A stretch of 64,000 nucleotides of DNA. Source: Bugula neritina (Eukaryota > Animalia > Bryozoa). Shown piece after piece: positions 40,997 to 52,759 of the stretch. The stretch lies in the NCBI GenBank assembly GCA_964035545.1, contig OZ037769.1:15096633-15160632 (forward strand), in the 5' to 3' direction. Made by a program: the position numbers and the translations under genes. The notes under the pieces are model-generated. The model made no database searches. It was not told where the DNA came from and saw only the letters and a list, made by a program, of their open reading frames with translations. Every line of letters begins with the position of its first letter. Within the stretch, counting starts at the first letter, position 1.

Positions 40997-43255
40997 TTAC
41001 TGTTTACTGGCACGTCTACTCTCGACTGCATCAACATAGGAAAAGACCGGACAGCGTGGTTGTGAAACGTGACTAGGGCTTTTTACTTCCAGCGGATGAA
41101 TCTCGTGTGAGATTCCGCCGAGGCAAAAGTTGAGATTCTCGTGGTGATCACAACTCCCACGGCTCTTTGCCTGTTTTCCCATGCGAGGCCTCTCTAGACT
41201 TTTGTTACTGCCGCTTATACCGCGGTCACGTACACAGTCTCTGAGACACGCTGGAAGTTGCCTAGTGTGTGGTCCTGGTCCTATGTTGGTATCTCCTTGC
41301 GGAGCCCCTTCCACGGGGGATTTTTGCACTTCCGGACCGGTTTCTGGTTCCGGAAGTGGTGATGATGGCAGGCTTGACGTTGAGGGCGGTGAGCGCACTT
41401 TCAAGGACGGAAGTGGCCTTTCTCGCCTCGCCAAGTCTTCCTGACGTGTCATGGAGGTGTTTCCCGCCAGGTTGACAGTCTCCGCCTGCCGAGACCTTCT
41501 CGCACAATGCGTCTGCCGCCCCACTTCACCAGGGAGACGGCTATGCTTGTTGGTCTGGCAGACTTTGCACCGTCTCACTCTGCGTCGGATATCCCGTTCC
41601 ATGTTAGGCCAGTACCACCGGAGTTGTAGCTTGGTGACCACCCCTTGGACTCCTCCGTGAGTCTCCTCGTGGGTGTCTTGTATCAACTTCCGGCGGATGG
41701 CAACTGGGCAGACAACCCTCTTCCTGGCTGGCTGTCTGCTGTTGGCGGCCAAGGTCATGGTTAGCAGACCCTCTGGCCCGACCCGCAGAGAGCTCCAACG
41801 TTGACAGTACAGCCGTAACTCGGCGCATCCCTGTCGCCGTTGTGTACTACTGGGTCGTCGCCCCTCCTGTTTCGCTCGGTACACGTCGGCTACCACCCCA
41901 GGAAGGCATTCCTGGAGCTTCGGCAGCTCCCTAACGTTACCAGCCCATACAGGTTTGGCGCGGAGGCTCTGGGCAGCCTCCGGGGGCGTGTCAGCCCTCT
42001 GTTGGAGTGGCTGAGCAGGGGCGGTCCTCGCCGCCCGTGGTACCTCACGGCAGCCTGCTCTATTTAGGCGGGCTCCGTGGTCTGTGTGGCTTAACGCCTC
42101 ACTGTACCCATGTGGCAACCTAGCCATAGCCTGGCGCTTCCCGTTGCCTGTGCAGCCACGCGTCCCTGGAGGAGGGGAGGCGTGGGTTGGGACGGTCCTC
42201 CGCCCTCGAGACGGGCTCTGCTGAGGACCTTCCGTCGTAGCTCCCGACGACGGCCCAATGGCTTCCTCCTGGACAGGATGGAAGCGACCCAGCATGGATC
42301 TGGGTGGTAGGTCTACTGTCTCTGAGAAGGGGTTGACACACTGCACTGAGATCTCTCCTTGCCCCGTGAGCCGGCTAAAACTACGGGCAAGTTGGACTCT
42401 CGAGTGCGTACTTTCGACAACTCCCAGCTTAGAGGTTTGGCCACCGTCTACCTTGCAGCGGACGGTAGCCCGGGAGTGGCCTGGTATAGTACAGCTCCGT
42501 ACTACCTGCACTGCTCCCGCTAGAGGACGACCAAACTTATCGACACAAGCGAGCTCCTTGTCGCCCATGATTATCGCAGATTTACTGAAATCGATGCGAC
42601 AACCGTGTCGTTGTAAGAATGGCATCCCGAGGATAGCATCCTCGTTGAGCTGCCCGACGATAAACGTCTCTTGGATGGCCTGGTTACGGACGTAACCAGT
42701 TAGCTCAATAATGCCGTAGAAGGGGATGCACGACCCGTCTGCCAGGGTGCCATGATCCCCCTCATACGGTGCCAACCCGTCCTTGACCTTAGCGCTGAGG
42801 GTGTCAAAGAACTGACGGCTAAGGAGGTTGGTGGTGCAGCCGGAGTCCAGGAGGAAGTTGGCAGGCTTGCCGGCTAGCTTCCCTGGTAGGAAGTAGCTAC
42901 TTCCGTGCGGCTGCAATTGAGTGTGCCGTGGTTGCACCTCCCTCGCTGTGGGTCGAGGGGTCCACGGTTGGCGGCGACTATTGACCAGCTGCCGAGGTTG
43001 GGGCGGTACGCCTTGCGGCGCTTGTACCGTTTCCCTCGCAGGCTCTGTGGTCAACCGTCTGCCGGCTCCGTGTTGGTGCCAGAGTGGCGTAGAGGACCCA
43101 GGCGGCGAGTGGCTTGAGCCTACTTGCCGCGGGGGTCGCCACTTCACAGCATCTCCGCGCGGCGCCCAGCGGGGCGACAGACGCGCGGGCCTCCCTGGGT
43201 GATTCACAGACGGCCCGCAGGAGGTGGGAACATCTGCGGGCCGGGGTAGTTTAAC
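40997..43255 (-). CDS. pol: Internally deleted pol (aspartic protease + integrase HHCC zinc-binding domain; no RT, RNase H or DDE core), likely reached by -1 frameshift from gag
   Basis: FLLDSGCTTNLLS...AILGMPFL protease; H-EET-HGG...YWPNM...CKVC; no YxDD motif; integrase core reduced to a TVNLAG remnant. Confidence 0.85.
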   Translation of the reverse strand, partial: VKLPRPADVPTSCGPSVNHPGRPARLSPRWAPRGDAVKWRPPRQVGSSHSPPGSSTPLWHQHGAGRRLTTEPARETVQAPQGVPPQPRQLVNSRRQPWTPRPTAREVQPRHTQLQPHGSSYFLPGKLAGKPANFLLDSGCTTNLLSRQFFDTLSAKVKDGLAPYEGDHGTLADGSCIPFYGIIELTGYVRNQAIQETFIVGQLNEDAILGMPFLQRHGCRIDFSKSAIIMGDKELACVDKFGRPLAGAVQVVRSCTIPGHSRATVRCKVDGGQTSKLGVVESTHSRVQLARSFSRLTGQGEISVQCVNPFSETVDLPPRSMLGRFHPVQEEAIGPSSGATTEGPQQSPSRGRRTVPTHASPPPGTRGCTGNGKRQAMARLPHGYSEALSHTDHGARLNRAGCREVPRAARTAPAQPLQQRADTPPEAAQSLRAKPVWAGNVRELPKLQECLPGVVADVYRAKQEGRRPSSTQRRQGCAELRLYCQRWSSLRVGPEGLLTMTLAANSRQPARKRVVCPVAIRRKLIQDTHEETHGGVQGVVTKLQLRWYWPNMERDIRRRVRRCKVCQTNKHSRLPGEVGRQTHCARRSRQAETVNLAGNTSMTRQEDLARRERPLPSLKVRSPPSTSSLPSSPLPEPETGPEVQKSPVEGAPQGDTNIGPGPHTRQLPACLRDCVRDRGISGSNKSLERPRMGKQAKSRGSCDHHENLNFCLGGISHEIHPLEVKSPSHVSQPRCPVFSYVDAVESRRASKQ

Positions 43256-44154
43256 CCTGGTGGGAGTTGAGGGCAGTTTCTCTGGAAATGTCCTGGCCTT
43301 CCGCATTCCCAGCAGAAGTGGTGCCCCATGCCTGGTGATTGTACCTGCGGCCCGCAAGGCTCACGGGCAGTATCTACCTGGCTTGGGGAGGCTAGTGTGG
43401 TGACCAGTTTATCTAGCATGTCAGTCATCTGTGAGATTTTTGACGCTAGTGACATCTGGTTCACACTAGCCACCGCGGAGGGTTCCGCATTTAATTCGGT
43501 GTGAGCAGTAGAGTGCTCCGTGGTCACCTGGCGGGAGGCCACGCGGTTGCGGTGCATATGAGTCGCCAAGAGATAGGCTTCTCCCACCGCAAGTGCATCT
43601 TCGACTGTGGTGACTCCCCTCGCTTGGAGTTGATGGTGGAGCCCCAAGTCGTTGATGGACTGCACGAAGGCATCATAGGTATACCTCTCACGGTGTACCG
43701 GAGGCAGATCGCGGAATGCAATCTGCGCTAATGGGTACACCGTGGCAGCGTGCTCTTCTAGTGACGTGTGAGGATCACGCCGCATCCTCTGTAGACGGGC
43801 CCGCGCATCTATGGGAGAGATGCCAAAACGGGCCCGCAGGGAAGCAAAGATTCCGTCTATGTCAGGTCCAGCTCCGTACGGCTTAGCTTTGCCCGTCAGC
43901 GCCATCCTGAGCTTCAGCAACGCCACCCTTGGCGGGCATTCTGCAATCTCCATCACATCCTGGAATTCTTGGATGAACTGCTCCACTGCTTCTTCGCCGG
44001 TGAAGTTGGGTGCCTTCAGCCGGTATCTATCTTCACCATGCTCTCTAAGAATTCTCACTTCTTCATCGAACACCACTGGTTCCACAGGTATATCAACATT
44101 ATCTCTCTCACCTTCATTCAGTGGAATGGGTAGCTCCGTGCCGTCTTCTGCCAT
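43204..44154 (-). CDS. gag: Gag (capsid-like region + CCHC zinc knuckle)
   Basis: APNFTGEEAVEQFIQEF capsid-like start; CWECGRPGHFQRNC knuckle; first ATG (MAEDG) at 44154, just after the PBS. Confidence 0.9.
   Translation of the reverse strand: MAEDGTELPIPLNEGERDNVDIPVEPVVFDEEVRILREHGEDRYRLKAPNFTGEEAVEQFIQEFQDVMEIAECPPRVALLKLRMALTGKAKPYGAGPDIDGIFASLRARFGISPIDARARLQRMRRDPHTSLEEHAATVYPLAQIAFRDLPPVHRERYTYDAFVQSINDLGLHHQLQARGVTTVEDALAVGEAYLLATHMHRNRVASRQVTTEHSTAHTELNAEPSAVASVNQMSLASKISQMTDMLDKLVTTLASPSQVDTAREPCGPQVQSPGMGHHFCWECGRPGHFQRNCPQLPPGLNYPGPQMFPPPAGRL
43211..43255 (-). promoter_or_regulatory. Programmed -1 ribosomal frameshift signal (G_UUA_AAC + hairpin)
   Basis: Heptamer at 43255-43249 in the gag frame, 5-nt spacer, perfect 10-bp stem CGGCCCGCAG/CTGCGGGCCG with 13-nt loop; pol is in the -1 frame. 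Confidence 0.8.
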
Positions 44155-44170
44155 GACTGCTATACGCAAG

Positions 44171-44188
44171 ATCCCACCGCTGCCACCA
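44171..44188 (-). promoter_or_regulatory. Primer-binding site complementary to the tRNA-Leu 3' end
   Basis: TGGTGGCAGCGGTGGGAT one base inside the 5' LTR; complement of ...ATCCCACCGCTGCCA-CCA, the 3' end I recall for metazoan tRNA-Leu(AAG/TAG). Confidence 0.85.
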
Positions 44189-44189
44189 C

Positions 44190-44541
44190 TGTAGTAATTT
44201 GTTCAATTACTGAGCGTGAGTTATTTACTTGCGTATAGTTAGCTGGTTATTCTGTTATCAATTACTAAGGTAGCTGTCGAGTAATTATATTTATTATCCA
44301 CAATAAAGCATAAACCAAACATCACATCAAATTATCCTATACAAGAGTCAACTACTAACACATGTTACTACTACAAGCCTCCGCTTACAACAACGTGATA
44401 TAATGTTAATAACCCGGGAAGTGTCACGTGACTCGGAAGCATATCTTCTGGAGCTGCTAATTGGTTGCTACATAAGAGTCTAAGTATTCCAAGAGTAGGG
44501 AGAGGGCGATTCCTGTATTTGTACTTGCACTACTCACTACA
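44190..44541 (-). repeat. 5' LTR, copy 1
   Basis: 352 bp, TGTAGT...ACTACA termini, followed by the PBS on the minus strand. Confidence 0.96.
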
Positions 44542-46467
44542 ATAGTACTAGTGAAACTTGAAGTTGAATAGCATGCTTATTACTCACTGCTCTTTGCTTA
44601 CATTATTAGGGTTACTCTTTAGTCTTAGAGGTACCCTAACATAAACTTGAAAGCTGGAGGTAGTACTAGTCTAGTGCTGTGTTAATCCTACACCGTTGAC
44701 TTATCAACACTGTGACTATAATTATGACTCCTAAGTCAAAGTCATTTTCATATAGTAGTAATCACTATGACAGACTGAAAGTCAGGAAGACTAAATATAA
44801 TGGTAAAGTGTGTAAGAATAAATCATACTCAATCAATTACTTTTAGTTTTATTACCAGTGTTGGGTCAACTTTCAGAATAAAGAATAAATATAATTATAA
44901 AGATAAATGGATAAAAATTCCAATCATGGTTTAATGTGCCTATTTTAAGCTGTTAATTTAATTACTATAATATAAGTGCTCAAAATACAACTTTTGTTTT
45001 TCATAATTATGTTTTAATTTAATACAGATACCATAGTATCATATACAGTAGAATCAGTTGTATCTTATTTAATAATGAAGTAACTTATTGGAGCTTTCAC
45101 AATTATTAATTATTTACTTGTTAGTCTTTGAACTGGGACAATGTTTGAAACTTGAAGTAGAATGAAGTTTGATTTCAGTTACCGCAATGGTATCTGCAGT
45201 CACAATAGGAATACGCATATAACTATGTTTATATTTGTGAAAAATATATAGTCAAAAGTAGATAAGGTAATAGTAATTATAATTGGTTTCACTTTTAATA
45301 TATTCCTATAAACTGGAAAATAGACAGAAGCATTTAATCATGAAAGTAAACCTAGTGGAAGTAAATCAATTCACTAAGTATAGTAAAATATTTACTATTC
45401 AGTAAGTTTATTTACTTTAGTTAATTGTACTTGATTATTTCTGTCGGTTTTTCAGTTGATTTTTCTACCTTTTGCTATAGCATATCAAACTACCACAAAG
45501 TCATGCTTCCGTATTACAATTATAAACATAGTGTTACTGTGTAATGTTATAGTAATGTAATAGTAATATTTGGATCATTGTAAGTATTTCTGTTGTTGTA
45601 CTGATTGATAAATATTTTTTAGCTTGCATGGATATTTGCAACGATCAAGATGTCATTTGAACCTGGACTGGAATAAAGATGGCAAATCGAGAAGCTAGGT
45701 ACAATTATTCTGCAGAAAGAAACTTGGTAAGCAAAAATAAGCTGCAGCATTAAGCCGTAAGCAATATGACGATGAACTTTGCTTGATTTTGATTGACCTT
45801 AAAATATCTGGTCACCTTTCACCAACGTGGTCCTGCGCGGGTGGCGGGTGACCTTAAAATGTCTGTTGCACGTAAAATAAATTTTGTGACAGTCAAAAGT
45901 ATGCTGATCTTTTTCGTATTTCAGTGCATCGGTGTCTTAGCTTAAGAGCTGAACCCAACAATTATGATCTAAAGCTGTTTTTACTAGAAAGTGATTTTAC
46001 TGTCTTTCTGATTATTCTTGGTTTTTCAGCTTGATGAATTGAATAAATGGATTTGATTTCGGGTATTATGTAATGGATGAAAGAAATTTTTCTTAAATTT
46101 GTACTGAGCAATTTTTGCTATTGCTATGATGTTTAGTGATAAAATTGCACCCTTAATAACCCTGAAAATTATCATTACTAGCATTTGTTTATGTTCATTT
46201 TTAGGAAATTAAAATGAAGACACAACTCACCGATGCTATCTCACTGTGCCTGCATGCAGTTTATCTAAAAAGGTACTCCTATTAGCTGGCTCTTGCCCAA
46301 TACCTGGTTGTCTCTGTAACTATTTCTTGCTCGCAGATGAGTTTTTTGAACTTGACATTTTATTGATTTTGAAAGTTATAGTGAGCTTTGAAGTTGCTAG
46401 CATCGTTTTTAAAGACTTGCTGCAGTTTTTATCAACATTTTTTAAGTCAATGGTGTTAGTTTGGAAG

Positions 46468-46720
46468 CTCTCTCACTCCCCTCTCTGTCTCTTTCTCCCA
46501 CACCTTCCACTCAACCTCTCTCTCTTTCTCCCCCTCTCTCCCACCCTCCCTCTCTCCCACCCTCCCTCTCTCCCACCTTCTCCCTCTCCTAACCTTTCTC
46601 TCTTCCCTTTTCCGCTATCTCTCTGACTCTCTCCCTTTCTCTATTCTACCCCATCTCTCTTCCATCCTCTCTCCTAACCTTTCTCTCCCACCCCCCCATC
46701 TCCCACTCTCTTTCTCTCTC
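46468..46720. repeat. CT-rich polypyrimidine low-complexity tract
   Basis: Directly visible. Confidence 0.9.
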
Positions 46721-49700
46721 TAGTTTGCATGGCTTTACCGAATTTTGGTTTATTTTTTTATTTTGTTTCAGAGTATCCAAAAGGAAAGCTAAAATTTATT
46801 TAATATATATTATACCAACTTGAGCTTTACATATAATATCAAATAAATGCTGTGTTTTGTTAAAACAATGTTTGCAACTTTGTAGTATATTCAAATTCAT
46901 AATTTATTTGTAGAGTCACACAACAAGACACTACTCTGACACACTCACAAGTTGCCACTGATCCAGCAGTATAGATGATTGTTTTCTCCACTGGCTATGC
47001 TGTCACGCTTTACTGTTGTGGTGTTTGAAACAAACCAATTGTTTGCCTACGCAGATTAGGGTGAGAAAAAAAGTGAGAAATGAAAGCTGTTTTTAATACC
47101 ATGACTACACTTGGTTTTTATTGAATGAAAAACAAAGTGAAATCATTAGTTATCCGTTAAATGACTAAATCACTGTTTATAAAGATGAAACACAAATAAT
47201 CTTATAATATGCTAATGAAATTTGGCTTTCAAATAGCTTTTTTCTGTATATTTGTTGAGGAAGTTTATCTTCAACAAAACTTAGTAGCTGTTGAATATGT
47301 GGAGAGTATTTTATATTGCATAAATTTATAGAGTAAAAGGTTCTCATCAAACTTTTACAACTTAGCTCATCTACGGTTTAAAAGTGTGAGTCACCCTTCA
47401 CACTAGAGTTTTATAAAGTTTTAATGAATGTGCAGTATTTTATAAAATATTGTGTGTCTCGTAAGTTTAGCTATTTTTACCTTTTCAGTGAGATTGGAGT
47501 AAACACACCTCAAAATTCACATCTGGTATCACATTGATTTATCGCAAGTCAAAGTACACCTACTAACTCTTCCTTCCTTAATACCTGCTTGCTTTTGCAC
47601 TTCTACTCATTTCATATACCTAACATTTCTCTTGCAGATGAATTACATCTTTTAAGTTGTAAAAGCCTTAAATAGCATGAAATTAATGAGGTTTAAACCG
47701 TGGCCCCACTAACTATTGATGCGTTTTTTGATGGGTTAAATTACACGAAAATATTGTCTCTTTCTTTTTAGTTTCACCTAAAGTATTACATACTACTGAT
47801 GGAGGCTTTGCTAAAGTTTTTGGGTGATGATTTGTCAATAATTTTCCAGAGAAGATGATGCCACGGTGGCTGGCATCATTATGCAGTTTCCAAATTTCTT
47901 TCGGCTTTGCTCTAGTGAAAATGTTGGAAAACAATCAACAAAAAGGTTTGTACCATAAACAAAGTTATTGTGTGCGTGTTGTCAAAGCATAAAGTGTGCT
48001 GGAAATTTTTGGGTTTCTGTTGAGATGCGTTTTTGCTTTTCCTGCATGAAAAAAGTTCCAGTTTCAGTTAATATCACTAGCGGAGTGCCCACCTATATTT
48101 TAAATCATATTGATGCATAAGTTCTTTTTGTAATATTAAAAGTATAACTTGCGAAATTGCTATTCAATGCCCTTTGAAGTTTCCAACTGTAATTAATTAG
48201 TTGATTTGGCAGCATAGTATCGATGATTGATGAAGGCAGCCGATATAATTATAAGCATCAATATCTATATCTACATGAAGATGTCATTCCCAATGATTGT
48301 TATTCTGAAATCAGCTGATTAAGTTATCACAAACTAAACATTTTGACCAGCGGCTTGCAATGCAACTCGGTGAAATTTCAGACCTAGATAAATTGAATTT
48401 CTTACTGAAAATCGTGAAGGTATTAAAGTTTAAAGTGAAAGTTTAAAGGGTCATCTCTCTGCGAATTCTAATAGCATGGTGCCAATTAGACTTGAAAAAA
48501 CTTCAAGGCACTACAAAGCACTAAGCCCATTCTTACAAGTAGTTTCAAAGTGCACTGGAATTTCAGTTTACTTGTCATTGTATAGAATCCTGATCTACAC
48601 TATATAGCATTCACTATTGCCTGCTTCTTCTAAGCATCTATAATGTATTAACTACAGTTTGCTTTGAGAAGTGAATTTCTACTTGGTATTTTTTCCTTAT
48701 CGTTCCGTTGTTTGCCAGTAGTCTTAATTTAATGGATTTTCCCTTTTCAAAAGTGGTTGTGACAATCAAAACACATCATGCAGCCTGCAACTACACAATC
48801 AGTCAGTAATTTCTTCCATTAAAGTAGCTCTTCTGGTTACTCTTGCTCACCTAAAAGCCTGAGCCTCATTCAAATTGCAATTTTTTAGAGTTGTTAGTTT
48901 TTCATGCAGTCTTTCATTTTTTTTTGTTAGGCACAAAATTAGTATTCACTAGACCTAATCTTTCATCTGCATGTATGCCTATTGTTTGTTCATTAAAGAA
49001 AAACCTCTGCTGAATATTGAACTAATAATGAAAATAAATTCCCTAAACTAAAAGTAGCAGTGTGATTTTGGTATTACAATTAGTTGTTAGCATAGAGTCA
49101 AGTTATTGACAGGAATTTTCAAATTGAAATGAATGAATTTCATTGTAAGTCAGCAAGATTTAGTCTAAGTAAACATAGCATTACATCGTGTTTTATTTAG
49201 CATTTGCAGAAGGCAACATATATTTTAAGGATTATTGTAAACTTAAAAGTAATTTTAAGTACTTTCCATGTTTGTTATTGTAGATGGTCTTGTTCTTTGG
49301 GATGGATGTGACAACTCCTTGTGTCAAGCTTAACTGATTGACTACTGAATCCCAATCATATGTTTTGCCAAAAAATGTGAAAATGGAGTGCATGTCTACT
49401 TTATTTGAGAAAATATTAAAAATACTTTTGAAACTTCATCTAGCCAAACAATACAACAGTTTCATTTCATTAAAAAATATCATTTGCACAAAAATGTATT
49501 ATGTAATCGAACAATTTCTAGAAAAAAAGTGCTTTCCTCCAGTTTTGCTAATGAACTACATTTTTCATTATATGCTTGTCTTTATAATTTTATTAATTGT
49601 TTTTTCTGGTGAGTCAATTAAAGTCAATTCAACCTAGAAAAGTCTGAATTTCAGACTTTATTTCAAGCTAGAATATTCACATTTTTAGGTCTGCATTTGC

Positions 49701-50095
49701 AAACATTGTTGTGTTACTTTACTTTTTATATATTTTGAAATAAATATCTTTTTAGCTTGTGCCTATTCATGATTAGAATAGTATAATAATATTTAACTTT
49801 TCTTCAATTTCAATAGATGAAAATGTTGATCAGTTGGAGTATTCAGTTTAGCTGAATTTTACTTGCTTCTGCGAAAACAATCTTTTGGAGTTGTCTGCCC
49901 TCTCTGTAGGTAATTTTTTGACCTATGGTCAACGCAATAATTATAACTTTTTAAAGATGCTTGTGAACCTAACAATATAGCATAACTATCAAACCACATT
50001 ATTCAATATCTGCATAAAATTTAGCCGATAAGCTGCCACCCAATGAGCTTGAAAAGATATTAGAATTCTAGCTCAGTGCTGCCATCAATGTAGAT

Positions 50096-50158
50096 ATTTA
50101 TAATGATATAAAGCCAAAACTCATTATTTATAATGATATAAAGCCAAAACTCATTATT
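50096..50158. repeat. Perfect 30-bp tandem duplication
   Basis: TTATAATGATATAAAGCCAAAACTCATTAT twice. Confidence 0.9.
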
Positions 50159-52759
50159 GCATGAAATTATCTAACCATTCCTGACAAAGAATCGAGATAA
50201 TAACTCCAAAGTTGGTCAGTTGAAACCACAGCAATAATACTTTAATTGTTATAATTGTCAGGTTTAATTTTATACCAAGCCCCAATAAGTACATATAACT
50301 ATGACAACACAGCCTAAGCACCTCCAATGCAAGAAATTTAGTATTGTGGTGCTGCAAATCCTCCAGTTACAAATGAGTAGAGCTTTCATGATTATTGGTC
50401 TACCATAATGTTTATTTAGTTTCAAGGACTAGCATAAATGCTATTATATGCGGGAGGTATTTGAAAAGCTTCCAACTCCATCTTCAACTACGGGCTATTA
50501 TAATTATGCCGATAAACGAGATACTACACTCAGACTGCCCTGTTATAGTACTATGATTGGCTACTGCAAAATTTTTGCCGATAGACAACATTTAATTATG
50601 ATGTAAGGTATCTCGTATTGGTACATAAGTGTTATGTCTGAGGACGAGATACTGTGAAATTATGCCCTGTAAATTAAATAAAAGGACTCAATCACCTTTG
50701 CAACATAATTCAATAATTGCATGGTCAAGCAGAATAAACTACAATTAACAGCAACAACAGTGTAATAGTTGCGTAGAAAAGTTGTACTGCAAAAAACTAA
50801 AAGAATGCAAAATCTATAAATGTGTGCTACCAAGTAAATGCTGAACAGACATCATGAAATAGTGTACGAAATACAAACTATTAAACTTACCTGTTGATCT
50901 AATGCAGCCAAAACCTTAAGCTTAGAGTAGTGGAATGGTGCTGTTCGATGTTGATATGCTACAAGTAGCTAAGATGACTCAAATTCTTGCCTTTAGGAGT
51001 AAGAGGCCTCAACTCAGTTTCAACAAAACTTCCAATAATCTCAACGGATGCGCTCAATTAGGAGCCACAACAAAGCACACCCATGTCATTTTAGTAAACT
51101 CTAAAAAATGAACGGAAATAAAACTGTTAGAGAGTAAACAGAGAAACATATAGTGATGGGGGAAAAACCTGTCAGCAAAGGTTATATACACTCATAGTCA
51201 TAACACGAAGAAAAAGATAATGAATAACAAGCTATTCAAGATGACACAAGAAACCAAACAAATTTCTTTGACTAAAAAATATAATTAAATACTATATTAC
51301 TTGGCAAAAAATATTTGTTTTGAACAACGTATTATTGGGAAGAATTGCCAGTGTCTTAAATTTTGAGATTAAAGTTTCTGCCTTATAGCGGAAATAGAGA
51401 GGCAATCAATAGTGTACAAAACATGTTTTCAGTCATTGGCTGTTGACTAAATTGACAAAGGTAAAGAAAGCCTCCATATCATTATTTATTTTGTTCTCAA
51501 GTGTGTGGTTACAGTTTCATGAGTCAGAAATATAATTATTTGAGATATGAAATCAAATGCATGCAGTCAAAAGAGTGTCATACAATTTAAAATGTAGTAA
51601 TAGAGCTTTGACAATAATTTCTTCTGCTAAGTAAAACAGGTACCATTATGTGCTACTTATCTTTTAGAGATGAACATCAAGGATGTTGAAAACAAAATAG
51701 TTGTAAATTACAGCAAATACCTTTCTACTTACCTAACCAGAGAAAATAAGTTTTCAACCTTGCATGCACTCAGCTGGTTTTCAATGTTTGGATCAGTGAC
51801 ATCTTTATAACTGATAGCAGCATTATGTGATAGCTTTAGGAATTGTTACCTTAAATCTAAATTATATAAAACAAGAAGTGCAAAAATATGGCATTAGTAC
51901 TCATTGCACAATACACACTTGCTAGAGTAGCTAATCTAGCATCACATTAATTTAAGAAAGACAAAATTTTTTTTACTGTTCACAAATGATGAATATTAAA
52001 ATTTGAATAATTAGACAAATTAACAATGATATTGATGTTACTTCAAACATTACTAATGGTAAACACCAAAATACTAATAGGAATAGTCATGTTAACATCA
52101 ATTAGAAAAGTAAAGATAATTTGAAAATGAGACAGTTTATAGGTCTAACTCTTATAGTTGACAAGCAATTACAGGGCAGTCATATTGATGTAGGCTACCC
52201 TCAAAATGTAGCACTTTAAAAATATTAAAAAGACAGCACATATAAGAACATAATCTTAAAAATAGGCATATGTGACACCTATATTTTGATTAACAAAGAA
52301 ATCTTCTTTACTTTATTAATCTAGCTCATATAATGGTATTCTGTCTTAGTATGTTATTTTAATACTTGAAATCTAATCAGCTACAGAAAAGTACTTCAAT
52401 TCAAAGGCCTTCATAATTATTCTTTAGTTTGCTATTTAAATAGACAGTAAGGTTGATGAATAAAATAAAAGTTAGTAAAGTAAAAACTAAATAAATTGAG
52501 AATAATATCTCCACTCTAAGGTTATAATCCTTATAAATTAACATTTTAATACTCCTGTTATCCTTAGGTATAGTTGTTAGCAATTTAACTATGAGCTCAA
52601 AGCCAAATGTCAGTATCAGCATCCCCATTACATTGACTAAGACTGACTTTATAACCCTCAAGCTGTGGCACTCAATTTCTATAAGTAGTAACTAATAACA
52701 AATATAAAATTATTTATTCGCTACTGAGGGTGATAATAATAATAATTAAAAATAATAAT

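Larger units (their letters stand above)
39279..44541 (-). mobile_element. Non-autonomous Gypsy-like LTR retrotransposon, copy 1 (gag, RT-less pol, zinc-finger ORF3)
   Basis: LTRs 39279-39629 and 44190-44541 (TG..CA, 2 differences seen), 5-bp TSD ATAGT, tRNA-Leu PBS, PPT at 39630-39640. Confidence 0.96.

Noticed and set aside
43256-43357. Independent start of pol at 43357
   Set aside because: Non-ATG start overlapping the gag zinc knuckle; the -1 frameshift site explains pol entry better.
41181-44194. Many short + strand and alternative-frame ORFs over gag/pol (and in copy 2)
   Set aside because: Shadow ORFs expected in GC-rich coding DNA; no motifs, and several differ in extent between the copies.
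46246-46626. 126-aa + strand ORF
   Set aside because: Non-ATG start and second half is the CT-rich low-complexity tract.
47700-50500. Possible second decayed transposase on the minus strand
   Set aside because: Only vague motif resemblance; I could not assemble ordered motifs without a search.
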